Of a stretch of DNA of 64,000 nucleotides, positions 24,601 to 38,558 are shown one piece after another (the first letter of the stretch is position 1; each line of letters opens with the position of its first letter). The DNA is from Felis catus (lineage: Eukaryota). The position numbers and the translations under genes are program-made. The stretch covers positions 142,044,001 to 142,108,000 of the forward strand of contig NC_058368.1 in the NCBI RefSeq assembly GCF_018350175.1, read 5' to 3'. The notes under the pieces are model-generated. The model saw only the letters and a program-made list of their open reading frames with translations, did not search any database and had not been told where the DNA came from.

Positions 24601-27281
24601 ATCTCAAATAAAATACTACAAAGTACAGCAAAATAATAAACTGTTAAATTTAAAGTATCACAGTATTATTTTTCATATATTATCTTAGTATCTGAGAAAC
24701 CCCTTGATTTTAATAAATTTAGTATTTAAAGGCAGTTTTTTCCTTTAAATAACTTTTAAATTAATCTATAATTTTAGTGAGACCGTTTTCTCATTTGTAA
24801 AATCTTTTACTTCAAGACAAATGGCTCTTTATATATCATAATACGGTGTTCATATAGCATTTATATAAGTGACTTCTGCCTGTATGTAAATGGGGATGAG
24901 GTGCTAGAATGGCCACCTTTATATTCTGCTAATTGCATGAAAAAAAAAAACACATTCAAGACCTGAAGGTAAAAAGATAAAAAAGGATTTTAACAAGTCA
25001 GCAATGACTATGCTAGCATACTGATCCACTTTGTCCTTCTATCCCGTAACATTCTTAGCAGTTCTTTACTGCATGATAGGCTTTCTACAACATGAGAACT
25101 GAAAAATGAAAGCAGATATAAATGCAGAATCCTCCTAAGTTTCTTCCAGCTTCATGATTCAGGCTGCCAAATTTTAAAGTCAAAATTACCATGTACAGTC
25201 CTAAAAAGATGGATGCAAGTTAAAGTGTAAGCCATAAACTCTCCAAGACTACAAGTGTTTGGACTGCTCCCTCAAAAGTTGCTCAGTGAAACAGAATTCT
25301 AACAAGCCACAGAGAAAGTCTGAGATGGGTTAACTCAAAGAGTAAGCATGAACATGGTCTAAATGATGATAACCATTTGAACTTTAATTTTATAAAATGT
25401 ATCTGTGCTAAAAGTCTAACATCTTGGACAATCCCTTGCTTCTAATACTGCAATAAAGAATGACCCTTTCAAATCTTTCCTGCTAGTACCGAACAGAAAA
25501 CATATGTATACAAAGAGACACAAGCCTGTTATCTTGATTATTTTGGAATCAACTGATACCACTGATACCACTTTAAATTAACAAATAAAGTGAAATATGT
25601 TATCCAAAGTAAAATTTATAACCACTACAACAACGGAAATTAAGCAGTTGCCTCTAAGGGGTCAACCAAGAGGTTATGATATGAGAAGGACGACTTCGCT
25701 TTTATTTCACCATGTGCCTGACCTCGTTGTACAATTAAAAAAAAAAGTTATGTTTATAGTTACCTAAACCCTTAGAAATCTTCTATTTTTAGTAAGGTTT
25801 TCTTCTTGTCTTTTTTTTTCTTTAAGCCAAGGAATCTTTCTCAAAGGAAGCCATATTCAAAGCTGTATATGAAGGGCGGACAAAGATGAAGGCTGCTCTG
25901 TCTGGAACAGAAGCAAGAACCCAGAGAGCTGCAGAGTCTAGAGCACCACTGTCCCCCCGCCCCCCACCACAACCCCGGGGTTGTTCCTGTGGGAATGTTA
26001 CAGCATCCTGAGGCCTGAGGTGCACATCTGAAAACGAGTGAATTAAGTCTATTAACCACATAATGTAGAGAAAATGCCAAGGTCAGAATGCAAGTAAGTG
26101 GCAAAGGTAAGAAATTACTGAGCCCAGTTTCAATGTACCCAGGACAATGACCGGATTTCATCTCATGTTTGTAATAATTAATGTCCAAAGAATCCACATG
26201 TGAAAACACAAGGAATACATATAGCCCCAATTTGTCAAATTATCTGTCAAAAGAGTAAATATATATGGCAGTACAAAATTTAACTTCCTGGCTTTGTAAA
26301 TAGCTTTAAACATGACTTTTATGTAAAATAACATGAAATATAATTCAAGGAACAGAAACACAAATAGACAAACTACAAAAATAGAGATTTTAAAGTCTGT
26401 TACATATTTTTAGAAGCTATGGCAAGGAAAGATTTTAACTGTAATTTCTACATAATAACAAAGCAAAGGATCATTTGCATACAGATACTGAAAATGATTT
26501 GATGGTGACAGGGAAGTAAAATTTAAAATCTTATCAAAGAATGACAGTGGTTAGATAAGGCAAAATTACTTTATAATAACCTTACAACAGGAAAACAAAA
26601 TATCTAAAGAGCACTCTGGAAAAGGACCCGCTGAAATCAAACAAGCTATCATTAGCAACAAAAATCTCTCGTCAAAGTTATCATTTACATGAAAGGGCCA
26701 AGACTTTTATAGCACTGGCATGTCGTTGCTTAATCCAGCAAAAGTGCCATCAGAAATTCACTTTGCTCAATGATTAATACAATTTATTTTATATACAAAG
26801 CAATCAATTTAAGAGTCTTATATGGCATGAGACTTTTATATATGAATAACTCAAAACATACTTCAATTTTAAATAACCTAAATACTTTCTTAATATTAAA
26901 ATTAAGATGGAGTCAGTAATACAGATAGTCTTCTGGATAAAGATACACTTTAAAAATTTTTAAATACTTTTTAGTATGAATAATACTTAGTTACTGTAAA
27001 AAGCACTGACGAATATTTTAAACATCTAAACTTCGTTAAACATCTGAAAGTTTAACATGACATCTTAAAGTATGTACTATGAACATTCCTCCATTCTACA
27101 TACGTTTTCCACTTCCTTTATTTCTAATAACAAAAGTGAAATGTAGTAAGCACTCAAGCCCCACGCTTGAGTTTCTATACAAACCATTATGACATAATTG
27201 GGGGATTTTTGATCTTTTACTTTTTACACAGTTGATTTTAAAAATCTATTATAGATTTTACTTTTAAAAAAGTATTATACC

Positions 27282-27545
27282 TTTTTTTAATTTAAATGTA
27301 GTTGACACATGTTCCATTAGTTTCAGGTGTACAACATAGAGATTCCACAACTCTACACATTCTGCTGTGCTCACCACAAGTGTAGCTACCATCTGTCACC
27401 ATAGAACACTATTATGAGACTACTGAATATATTCCCTGCGCTGTACCTTTCATCTCCATGACTTATTCATTCCATAAATGGAAGCCTGTACTTCCCACTC
27501 CCTTTCACTCATTTTGTCCAACCTCCCTCCCACCCACTTCCACCT
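27282..27545 (-). mobile_element. Short 5'-truncated carnivore L1 3' end
   Basis: T-tract followed by ttagtttcaggtgtacaacatag...gacttattcattccataaatggaagcctgtac. Confidence 0.8.
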
Positions 27546-28332
27546 GCTTTTGAAAAAGACAAAAAAGAAATATCACAAGATGAGAATGAATGTGCTAGTC
27601 TTATAAGATTTAATGATTTCTTTTTTAAAACAAGTTTAAAACTTACACTTAAATATTAAATATATACACACAGAGATCGCTATTGCAAACTATGCAGTAA
27701 AATTTTTTCAATCGTCAATAAAGTAACAAGAAGGTATGTGTCTAGGTAGGTATACCTCTAATGTTAATATGCACAAAGAAAACAACGTCGTTTTAAGGCA
27801 TATTTAATTATTAATTTCACTAAAATTCTATCAGCTTAAGTGAAAAAAAGGAAAACAAACATTTTAAAATACAAAACTAGGAAAACGTAGTTTAAAAGGT
27901 CAGTAATATTTACCATTAAAGGCAAGATATTCTCTTAAATTTACATGTGCTAGAAGCACATTACCCACTTGTATGATTGAATCACTTGAGCAGTTGAGAC
28001 TTAAAGATATGAAAGCAACAAACTGCAAAAAAAATCCATGATTTGGCAATATCCCTGAAAACACTGTATCACGCTGCTGCTCCTAACAAGGGCCTCCTGC
28101 CAGGTATCATACTAGAAGTTTATACACTATGTCATTGAAGACAGGTCAATCGGTACCAAAATAATGAAAAATTATCCTTGCATTTATATTTATTTTCTGC
28201 TTTCCAAAAGAACATAAGAAAAAAAAGTCCTCCATAAATATGCAGACTTCTATTATCTTACTCCTATACACATTTTTAAAAGCCCATCCATGTTCTTAAT
28301 CTTCATTAAGTGGAAGACTGTTCAACACTTAC

Positions 28333-28515
28333 CTCTTTCCAAGGACTGACAAACTGTGTACGAGCATATCGAGTTAGCATGTGGATTATGACAACCTGCC
28401 CCCACTCTTCTACATCAACTAGTAAATTACAGAGCTTGCGGTAATTCTTGTGAATCAGATCTATTCTATCCGGGCATACTTCTTCAAAAGCCATCACAAC
28501 ACTGCCAGCTACCAG
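28333..28515 (-). CDS. AP3B1: AP3B1 coding exon (exon 7 equivalent), [61 protein letters not shown]
   Basis: Overlaps ORF 28306..28497; tttctag acceptor, GAG|gtaagt donor; 183 nt. Confidence 0.97.
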
Positions 28516-31500
28516 CTAGAAAAGAAAGAAATAGTAACTCATTAAAAAATGTGTCTAGGGAATCTTCCTCCCCATCAAAGATTCTATTTAGGCATTACAG
28601 AGATACAATCAGTGTTATGACAATGAATGTTAAAGAATTCAGTTATTTAATTAACAAAATGATTGTTTAAATAACAAATTTTAAGTGTCACTCACTCAAA
28701 GAATTTTTATAGCTGTAACATGTCTGAAAAGCTAATACTTTCCTGAAGTATTACAATTAGAGAAGTATCAGTACTACAAATCCAACAACTTTTTGTCACG
28801 TTAAATATCAATGAATTGTGCACACATGGATGGACTCAACATATTCGTCATGTACATTTTTCATTTTTAAGCTAACCTAAATTCCAATCTAAAGATTTAT
28901 TATTTAGTACATAACATTCAGAAAAATCAAGACAATAACAAAGACCACATCATGTCAGTTTAAAATGAGAATGACAATGAATTCATCTTAAAGTGTTTGA
29001 AGAACTTGTAAGTGTTTCTGGTACAAAACACTTTCAAATCTTCAACAGTTTAATCCACCTGTTAATTTTTACCAATATAATTTATTTACAAAGAAAATAC
29101 AAAGGCTAAAATTTTATATAACCTATATAACAATGTGTATAAATTGAAATAATATATTACCAACAAAAGACAGCTCCCTCAAAGACCAATTAATGAACCA
29201 TAAATGCTGTTTTGTAATTGTCACACAAAGTGGTAAAATTAAGATATCTTTGGTAGAAAGATACAAGCTAAGCAGAACACATAATATACAAATACTTCTA
29301 TATATGTACCATTGATATATGTGCAGTTAGCCAAAATGTAATACTGTTGAAAAAATAAATTAATATCATATTCTTTCTAAACACTAGGGATCTTCATTTT
29401 AGTGTCTAAAATTTCCCCAATGACTTAAAATAAGCAATTAAATAGAAATGTAACTTACTGAAATGGTACTTTTTGAAAAATATTAGATACAATGATATTC
29501 ATATTTTTAGTGTTTGTCCCTCTACTTGGCTGACATTTAGTTTATTAATATGCAACCAACAATACAATTGAAAGAAAACAGCTCAGAATATAGACTTGCT
29601 ATTATGCTAAACAAGTTTCCAGTCCTGTGGGGATTTTATGAATTACCAATCAGTATAAACGTGAAGCCGCATTTATTGACTCCAGCCCTGCCCATGTACT
29701 GGTGCCTGCTGGTCCCAGCATGAATGCACTTCAATCGAAAAAGCAAAGAATTGATTATTTGTGTGAACTAAATAAAAAATGTATTATACATATAATTTCC
29801 CATTTGCTATTGATATGGAAAGGATGTTAAGTTCATGTTTTCATCTCCACATTTTGCTATCTTCTGCATAAATCACTCTTCAAAAATTATATTCTGTGAT
29901 AATCATATTTCTAAATGGTTAGAATTAGTATTATTTAAAAATCCCTTAAAAACAACGAAGTTTATGACCTCAAACTATAGAATAACTTAGTATTTGTGAA
30001 ATAGATCTATCCATCTATATATTTTATATTTAGGCCAATCTTACATTAGGACACACATATGAATTGGTAAAGGATATTAAAGTACAAAAATAAATAATAC
30101 CACTTAGAATACAATAGTCAGTGAAATTGAAGCAGCAATCCAACAAAGTTTCAATTAAAGAAATACTATGTAAAATCAAGTTATTTTGCCTAACACTACC
30201 AGATTTTTTTCAAAGTGGTTAGTAGACACCAAACAATTAAAAGAAAAATCAGCTACCAAAAGGTATTAAATTTATTACACCAAGAGCTATAGGTACAACA
30301 TAATTCTGAAGTATTAACAGAAAACATGGAAAAAGAAACTAATTACTCAAGTACAAATAAAGTTTAAGAAAACACAAAAATAATTAGGAAGAATATAAAG
30401 AAAAGCACCTTCACAAAATAAAACTGACCATTTTAGATATTTTATCGTATGGATTTAACAAACTGACCCTAGGCTAACCAATGCCAGAATCGATAATTTT
30501 GGTCTATTAAATGTTCAATATTCTATAAAACTTCCAGAATTAAAATAAAATGATCTACTCAGATTTTAAAACCAAAAATATTGGTTTCCCAAAAACACAC
30601 AGTTAATTTCCATCTCACTGTGTCAATAGTAGCTTTTTATATGAGGTGAAAAATAAATCACTCCAACAAAACTAGCAATGAGCTCATCAAATTCAAATGC
30701 AGTTTTCCATTTATGTATTTTTTATATTAAAGCTATAAACATGGTTCATTTATCTTCCCTTGGTTGCCACGTTTTTCTGTGCTGTTGCTATGAACTTCAG
30801 CCATTAGCTGTGCTCCAAGGTAAACTACATGAACCATCAACAAAAGTGACACCCCATCTATGGAGTTCATATTTTCTCCAGATTATCTATGCTAGTTGAC
30901 AAGCTGGTAATGAAAAAAATCACACTAAGCAAATGGTTCCTCTAATAACAATAAATTTTCTATAAAATTATGAAGGGTACAAAACGTTTCCTTGCATCTA
31001 TTTTGTCATGAATTCTAATTAACGTTGCAAAAACCTGAGAGTGCTGGGTCATCACAAGAAGTGCATCAAGGTTTGATTGATAATATGGTATAAGTTGGCC
31101 AATGCTGCCAAGATTTTCTTCTCTTAAATTAATGGCCATCCAACCTGCCCTAATCATACAGCCCAAATGATATTCCCCTTCTTATTTCAATTTTCTTGAG
31201 GCATGGAAAATGGGAAAGATCAGTCATTTATCTTCTAATAGCTGGATAATAGATCTATCACAATAAAACATCTGCACAAAATCAGAGGTGTGGGTTTTTT
31301 TTTCGCCCACTACAGTGAAGCTTTTACCAACATTAAATCAATAACCTATAAAATGGTGTCTTACCCCTATAATTTAGTTACGGACTACCAATATATTCAT
31401 TAAACATCATTTTGTAAATTAAGGAGAAACTCTGTCATAAAAAATATATATAAACAACTAAGTTTTCCAGTAAGCAATGACCTAATCTGTGTTCCTAAGA

Positions 31501-32599
31501 AACTCTGTTTTCTATTAGAAAGTTAAATGCTATCAAAAGGATTTCTTTACAATTAACCTGAAAGGAAAAGGAAATAATACCACCCTGCTTTTGAGGTATT
31601 CTAAATAAAAGATGTCCACTGCTATGTTTAAATTGTTCAACAAATATGGATTTCTACCTTAAAGAAAAACCAGAGAAAGTATTAAAATTTAAAAATGAAT
31701 TTACAATAGAATATCAGAAAAGGTATATAGTAAAGAAGAAGTGTTTAAGATATGTTAAATAGAGATTATAGGATAAAAATAGTAAATCTAGAAATATACA
31801 ATAAAGAAATTATGTAAAAAACATCTTGTAACTGTTGATTGAGGATAATGGAACATAAACAACATACTCTCTTTTAATTTCACTGACTATAACTGTGAGG
31901 TGTCTTTCAAAATTTAAAGGTAATCTTCAGACAACAGTTACCTAAGTAACCCTAAAATGTTCTAGTTATTTTACCATAACCCTTATATTCCTTAACCATA
32001 ACTATATTCCTTAAACCAAGGTTATGTATTTTTAGGAAAGGACTATTCACATGATAAATTTTGGTCTTACTCTAGTAAAATGGAAAGAGCATTCTATTTT
32101 AGTATGTTTATATTTCTATCTTTCTTTAAAATGAGAATTATAGAACTGTCTTTGAGAACTTAATTATTAGAAAGTCTTCATTTAGGCTAAAAGAAGCAAC
32201 AGAAGGTATATCTCATAGCCAATATGTTAAGTAAAGAAAAGTTTTTAAACAGATTAACACCTTTCAAATTGATATTTGTCAGCAGCAATAGCAATGTCAA
32301 CATGACAATAATAATCCCAAAAAGCTCCTGATGATAACAAATAAATTCCTTTTCAAAATGTGGAAATAAATCAGACCCAGTTCCCTTAAATGGGAAATTT
32401 TTAAACAAAAATTATTTGGAATTCTTACTGTTTTAAATGTCAATACCGATACTAACTTGGGAGAGAAAGGAAATACAGCTGTCTTCCTTCAACAAAGAAT
32501 TACAAGAGACAAGACTAAGTAATAATAAAGTTAAAATCCCTATATATATATGCATAAATACCAGAATATTTTAAACCTTTCTACCACAGAATGCAATCA

Positions 32600-34680
32600 T
32601 ACAAAGGAAAAAATTAACACAAAATATTCTCAAAACATAATTAATTTAAATAATGGGTAAGCAAGTTAATGGTACCTAGGTAAACATGAATCTCCCATCC
32701 CAAAGCCAGAAAAAAACAAAGATGAAAAACTGTCCTAAGCACAACTAAAAAACAAAGAATCCCCAAACTTCAAATTACATGTAAGTAGAAAAATAAGCCC
32801 TAAATGCCAGAGAGTTATCTTTCATGCTTATATCATATCATAAAGATGTGTGGCAGTCAGGAAAAAACTGCCCTTACCAAAACAGTCAGAAGTTGGTGGT
32901 GAGCAAAAGAAAGAACTAAAATCAATAGGAGGAAAAGAAAGAGTATTCTAAGTGTAAACATACTATCTAATATTCCTCATGGATCACAGTGGATTACAAA
33001 GTAGAAATTTCAAGGGGGTAGGAGATGGAGGGTAGATTCAATGAGATTGTCTTGGAAAAGAAAAATTTCAAGAAGAAAACAGTTAAAAAAGAGGTAGAGA
33101 AAGAGGAATTCCTTAGAAAATGTAAGGTGACAGAAAAAAAGAAATAAGAGGAGGAAATTCAGAAGAACAACAACAAAATCAAAATAACTTTAGGACATAC
33201 ACCCCTTCCTACATGCTTTCCCTCAAAACAGCCATCTAATAAAAAAGCATACTGTGATATTCTGTCAGAAACGGTTTTCTTGTGCTAGGAATCTTGCAAA
33301 CTACCTCAAACTCAAACCACCAACCCTGTCCAAAGAAAATGTAAAGATGTGAGTAATCTACAAGTGTTGAAAACAGAAAATGGGGGCGCCTGGGTGGCGC
33401 AGTCGGTTGAGCGTCCGACTTCAGCCAGGTCACGATCTCGCGGTCTGTGAGTTCGAGCCCCGCGTCAGGCTCTGGGCTGATGGCTCGGAGCCTGGAGGCT
33501 GTTTCCGATTCTGTGTCTCCCTCTCTCTCTGCCCCTCCCCCGTTCATGCTCTCTCTCTGTCCCAAAAATAAATAAACGTTGAAAAAAAAAAATTAAAAAA
33601 AAAAAAAAGAAAACAGAAAATGAAAATCAAAACAATTCAACTGATGAAAATTGCCCACACAAAAAATTAATAACAAAACAAAAGAAAACTGTCTAACACA
33701 ACACTCCAAAATGAAGTACCCTCAACGAAGTGTATGAAGATCAGAAAAATGAACGTGAATCAGAAATTCATAAACAGAGAAAAGAAACAAAAGACATCAG
33801 GAAGAAATGTAACAGGAGTTGACTGAAACCAGGAAAGAAACTAAGAGGGGAAGAAAATAATCAGACATGATGATTAAACTGCAAGGTGCCCCTGCAAGAA
33901 AACAGCTGAATGAAAATTTAATAAAGGGAATTAAAGAAAAGTAGGAAGAAAAAAAAAAAAAAACCACAGTGGTTGAAATGTAAGACAGGCAAAGAAGATC
34001 CAACCTACATAAAATTTAAATCCCTGAAGAAATGAAAGTAACAACTAAGCAGAAGTAATGTTTAAAACTATAATCTTAAAAAAAACAAAACAAAACAAAA
34101 CAACAACAACAACAACTTTGCCAGAAATAATGTATGTTCTAAACCTACATTTTAAAAACATTCAATGAGTACCAGGAAAAAAAACTAACCCACATCAAAT
34201 AACCCTGAGACACCATTTAAAACCATTAGGTCTCAAAGATAAAGAGGAAATCATCAGGGTCAGCATCTTACTTAACACAGACACATTACGGACACTTTCC
34301 TTTAGACTGAAATAAGACAAGGATGCCCACCATCTCCACTACTACTGAATATTATACTAATACTAGTAAGTACCCAAGTATATAATTACACAAGAGAAAT
34401 TAATTAGTCATTAGAGTTGGAAAAGAAGAAGTGAAATCACTCTATTAGCAGACATTATATTTTCTAGAATAAACCATGAAAAAAATAATTAAATCAAACA
34501 ATAAAAGAACTTGGTAAAGGAGCAGGATATAAAATTACCATAGAGAAGATCAATAGCCCTTTTTATACACCAATATAACAAGTTCAATGATATAAGGATG
34601 AAGCAATTTCAATTTACAGTAACATCAAAGAAGACTACATATCAATACAACTCTAAACCAATATTTAACTCAATTAGCAG
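32600..34680 (+). mobile_element. Very old L1-related fragments
   Basis: A-rich; aaataagacaaggatgcccaccatctccactactactgaatatt and ggatataaaattacc are ORF2-like. Confidence 0.5.
33383..33608 (+). mobile_element. Young felid SINE
   Basis: gtggcgcagtcgg / cagccaggtcacgatctcg type, CpG-rich; TSD gaaaacagaaaatg. Confidence 0.93.
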
Positions 34681-35299
34681 TCCACATCTCACCACTTCCC
34701 ACAAAGGCACATGCTAGCAATTCTGAAACACTTTGTCTGCATCTTGGGACGCAACAAGTAACTAAATATATTGTCAATAATGAAAGCCACATTTTTTAAT
34801 ATTGGAGAAGGAAGCTGAAAAGGCAAGAGGCTAGAAGGAATCCTGGGCTGTTGTACTGGAATTAGAGGCATCTGTGTAAACTTTGCCACTTAATACAGAT
34901 AGAAAAATAGATATAGATGTCCTTTTAATTAAAAACTACATAAACATGTAAGTAACACTTTAGGAAAAAGGAGTGCCTCATATAAGAGACCATCAAAGCC
35001 CCCAAAAGATCTGCTCATGAACACTGAATATGATGTATACCACTTGGGAAGCAAAATACTAAAAATGATAGTAAACCCATAATTACCATCACCAAAAACG
35101 TACCAAATTAATTCCACAACCATTGGACAAATATTAAATACCTACTATGAACAAGTACTCAATGTTTTCTACTATATTTTAGAAATAAATGGTCAGAAAT
35201 CAATAACCGATTATCACAAATTTACAAAAAATATATATGCTTTACATTCTTTTTGTGTCATTTATTTCTTACTTGGAATATTTATTTAACCCCCTTTTA

Positions 35300-35485
35300 C
35301 AGCACAAGGCACTATAATGAGGGTTTTACATACAAGAGCTCTTTCAACACAAATAAAACTTTATACATTAGAAATTACAAGCCACACAAATTTGGGAACT
35401 GAAATTTATGAAGGCTTAATACATAGCTACCATGGGGCAGAAGTATAGGACAAACCCAATTCTGTCTAATTCCAAAGACTGTAAT
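35300..35485 (-). mobile_element. MIR fragment
   Basis: ggaactgaaattt...ggggcagaagtatagg...tctgtctaattccaaag. Confidence 0.5.
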
Positions 35486-35797
35486 TTCTGGCTGTGGCGT
35501 ATCTTGTTTGGGAAGACATGCACACATATACATTTCATTCATGATTTCATTCCTGGGCCATGCAACAAATTTCTTTTAGTCTATAATGCAAGAGAAATCA
35601 TGGTAAATTACATTAAAATAAAGGATCTGTTTCTTATAGATCTTACTCTATTCTCCACGGTTTATACCAAATGTCTTGCATATCAAAGAAATAAATGTTT
35701 TTATATTATTAATAAAACCAAATTAACCATAATACTGATTTCTAATCTGGGTCCTAGAAGAGAGTAACAAGTATGCCACACCGAAGACAAAAAAAGA

Positions 35798-35995
35798 GGG
35801 GTATCTGGGTGGCACAGTCAGTTGAGTGTCCAGCTCTTGATTTTGGCTCAGGTCATGATCTCATGGTCATGGGATTGAGCCCCACATTGGGCTCCATGTG
35901 GAGCCTGATTGGGATTCTCTCTCTCCTCTCTGCCCCTCCACACACTCATGCTCTCTCTTCTCTCTCTCTCTCAAATTAAATAAACATTTTTAAAT
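35798..35995 (+). mobile_element. Carnivore SINE
   Basis: Head, body and tail. Confidence 0.88.
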
Positions 35996-36129
35996 AGGAA
36001 TCAAATTTCTTTTCTATCTTCATTTATTGGGCAAATCTATATTTGTTTACCTCCTACATTACATCAAACAATATAGAAGAAATACAATGAAGATTTCTAT
36101 TACATTATAGACACAAAAAAATTTGCTGG

Positions 36130-37255
36130 ATGGGTTAGGATCCCACCCATAATTTCAAGTAAAATACAGTATTTTCAAAGTACATAGTGGAAAAAAGAAA
36201 AGTACATAGTGAAAAACTTATTAAAGAAATTAAAATGTTCAAAAGAATATATTTACTTATAAAAAAAAGTAGTAAAGGAGGAACAAGGTACAAAAAAGGA
36301 AGGATACAGAAAAGCAATAAACAGCAGCTATAAATTCAACTGTTAATAACATTAAATGTAAATGGATGAAACCATGTAATCAAAAGGCACATAGTGTCAC
36401 AGTGAATTAAAAACTATATGGTGTCTATAGGAGACACATATTAGATTCAAAACTACTAACAGGTTGACAGTAAAAGCAAAGAAAAAGATATATCATGTAA
36501 ACAGCAACCATAAGGAAGCTGAAATGCTGTAAATAGACAAAACAGACTTTAAAACAAAAAGTGTTATTAGAAACAGAGAGACATTTATAATGACAAAAGG
36601 AAGATTAAAAACAATTATAAATATACATGCACCTAACATCAGGGCTCCTAAATATATTAAACAGTGACAGAATTGAAGGGAGAAAACAGACAGCTCTACA
36701 ATAATAGGAGACTTCAATACTTCACTTTAAATAATGGATACAACCACCAGGCAAAAGATCAATAAACAGAAGACCTGAACAACACGATAAACCAATTAGA
36801 CCTAACATGTATCTACAGAAATACTCCACCCACCAACAGCAGATTATACATTCCTCCCAAGTGCACAATCAACATTTTCCCGGATTAGCCATATGTTAAG
36901 CCATACAACAATAGCTATATGAGGCTAGTGGCTACTCTATTAGACAGCTGCTATGCACAGATACACATGCTACTTGATGACAGCATCCTAAGACACGTAG
37001 AAATCCTTTTCCTTGATAGTGTCAGCTGCGGGGGTGGGTACAGAAGCCTCCATCGAAGATACCAGATCCTCCAGAGGTCGGCTCACAGACCCCATGGGTC
37101 ATCACTATTATGAGATCTCATTATCACTACACTCAAAGAATAGGAGTGGGGAAAGGAGGAGGAAGAGATACATACATTCACGAAAGATGACAACATTAGC
37201 CAGTAACCTCACTCTTACCAGAAATAAAACAGTCATGCACATATGAAAATGTTTC
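36130..37255 (+). mobile_element. Old L1 fragments: ORF2 endonuclease start, then a 3'-end piece
   Basis: acattaaatgtaaatggatg, aaatatacatgcacctaacatcagggctcc, aataataggagacttcaatac, acattcctcccaagtgcaca. Confidence 0.75.
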
Positions 37256-37766
37256 AGAATATTTTTAAATAGGCTCTATGCCCAGTACGGAGCCCATAGA
37301 GTATTTTTTAATATTTAAAATATTTAAAAATACACATTTATAATACTAAAACATACTCCTCTAAAAGAGGTATTTTTTAGTATTTCTTTAATACTTCTTA
37401 GTACTTCATTTTAAAACAATTATTTGCTTCCAGCTGATTCAACCTTTAAAAATACTAATAAATCATCGCTTGAAATAAAAACTTTGGCACTAAAAGCAGT
37501 CAACAATTCAGTCACAGATTAAAGAAAGGATTTTTGTTTCCAACTTGTTCTTCTTCAGACTCTGATGATGAAACGTGTAACAAGCTAAAATTCTAAATGT
37601 AATACTTCTCTTCTAAAGTCATTTTTTTCCTTCACGGATTTTAATAAGGCTCATTAATATTTATATAATGGTATAATATTTATACCATTTTCAAATCAGT
37701 AAGAATAATTATATCAAATATACAGTACAGTAAAATTATACTATACAAATAAAACACAGTTTTACT

Positions 37767-37966
37767 GAGGCGCCTGGGTGGCTCAGTCAGTCAAACGTCC
37801 AACTCTTGATTTCAGATTTCAGCTCAGGTCATGACCTCACGGTTCATGAGATCCAGCCCCACAATGGGCTCTGCACTCAGAGAATGGAGACTGACTGGGA
37901 TTTGCTCTCTTCCTCTCTCTCTGCCCCTTGCCCACTTGCACACGCATACAAATAAATGAACTTAAA
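37767..37966 (+). mobile_element. Carnivore SINE about 50 bp from the exon 6 donor
   Basis: Head and body; internal gatttca duplication. Confidence 0.88.
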
Positions 37967-38014
37967 ACACACACACACAAATTCTACTTTGATATAAAAA
38001 AAGATATCACTTAC

Positions 38015-38081
38015 TGTACTTTTATCCTTTAAAAGTTTTTCAATTACTTCAATTAACATTTCCTTCTGCTCTGGATCAAGG
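38015..38081 (-). CDS. AP3B1: AP3B1 coding exon (exon 6 equivalent), (S)LDPEQKEMLIEVIEKLLKDKST
   Basis: Lies within ORF 37877..38110; ttttag acceptor, ACA|gtaagt donor; 67 nt restores the frame. Confidence 0.97.
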
Positions 38082-38291
38082 CTAAAACATAAAAAGAAAA
38101 GAACACACATTAAAATTTTTCCCTTTAATTCTAATTTTAAATGAAGCTAATCATTTCAAGAATATTAAGAAATTTGTTTAGGGGGGGAAGGAGAGCAAGA
38201 ATTATGTGAAGATAGAAAACAAATCTGAAATAAAATGGGATGTTTTTCTCCCAAATGTGTCCTAATCTTTTTCTTTAAAGTTGCTCATATT

Positions 38292-38497
38292 GGGGCACCT
38301 GGTGGTTCAGTCGGTTAAGCTTCCGACTCTGTCTCAGGTCATATCTAGCAGTTTGTGAGTTCGAGCCCCAAATCAGGCTCTGCGCTGACAGCTCGGAGCC
38401 CGCTTCAGATTCTGTGTCTCCCTCTCTCTCTGCACCTTCCATGCTCACACTCCGTCTCTCTCTCTCAAACATGAATAAACGTTAAAAAAAAAAAATT
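38292..38497 (+). mobile_element. Carnivore SINE
   Basis: TSD taaagttgctcatatt. Confidence 0.92.
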
Positions 38498-38558
38498 ATA
38501 AAGTTGCTCATATTAACTAAATCCAGATACTAATAACATTAAGACAGTATCAAGTTCA

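Noticed and set aside
25841..26230. 129-aa minus-strand ORF as an extra AP3B1 exon or nested gene
   Set aside because: No resemblance to AP3B1 or any family I recognise; no convincing splice or start context.
27955..28160. Possible cryptic exon or small RNA downstream of exon 7
   Set aside because: A donor-like gtaat exists near 27960, but I could not establish a matching acceptor, reading frame or snoRNA box and stem structure.
1..28332. Next AP3B1 exon (exon 8 equivalent, GDELED...MDPDHRLL)
   Set aside because: Not found by eye; it presumably lies beyond the left edge, making intron 7 longer than 28 kb.
36177..36211. aaagtacatagtg duplicated around A-rich filler (similar small duplications near 3061-3108 and 31973-32018)
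   Set aside because: Too short or imperfect to distinguish a retroposition footprint from ordinary slippage.
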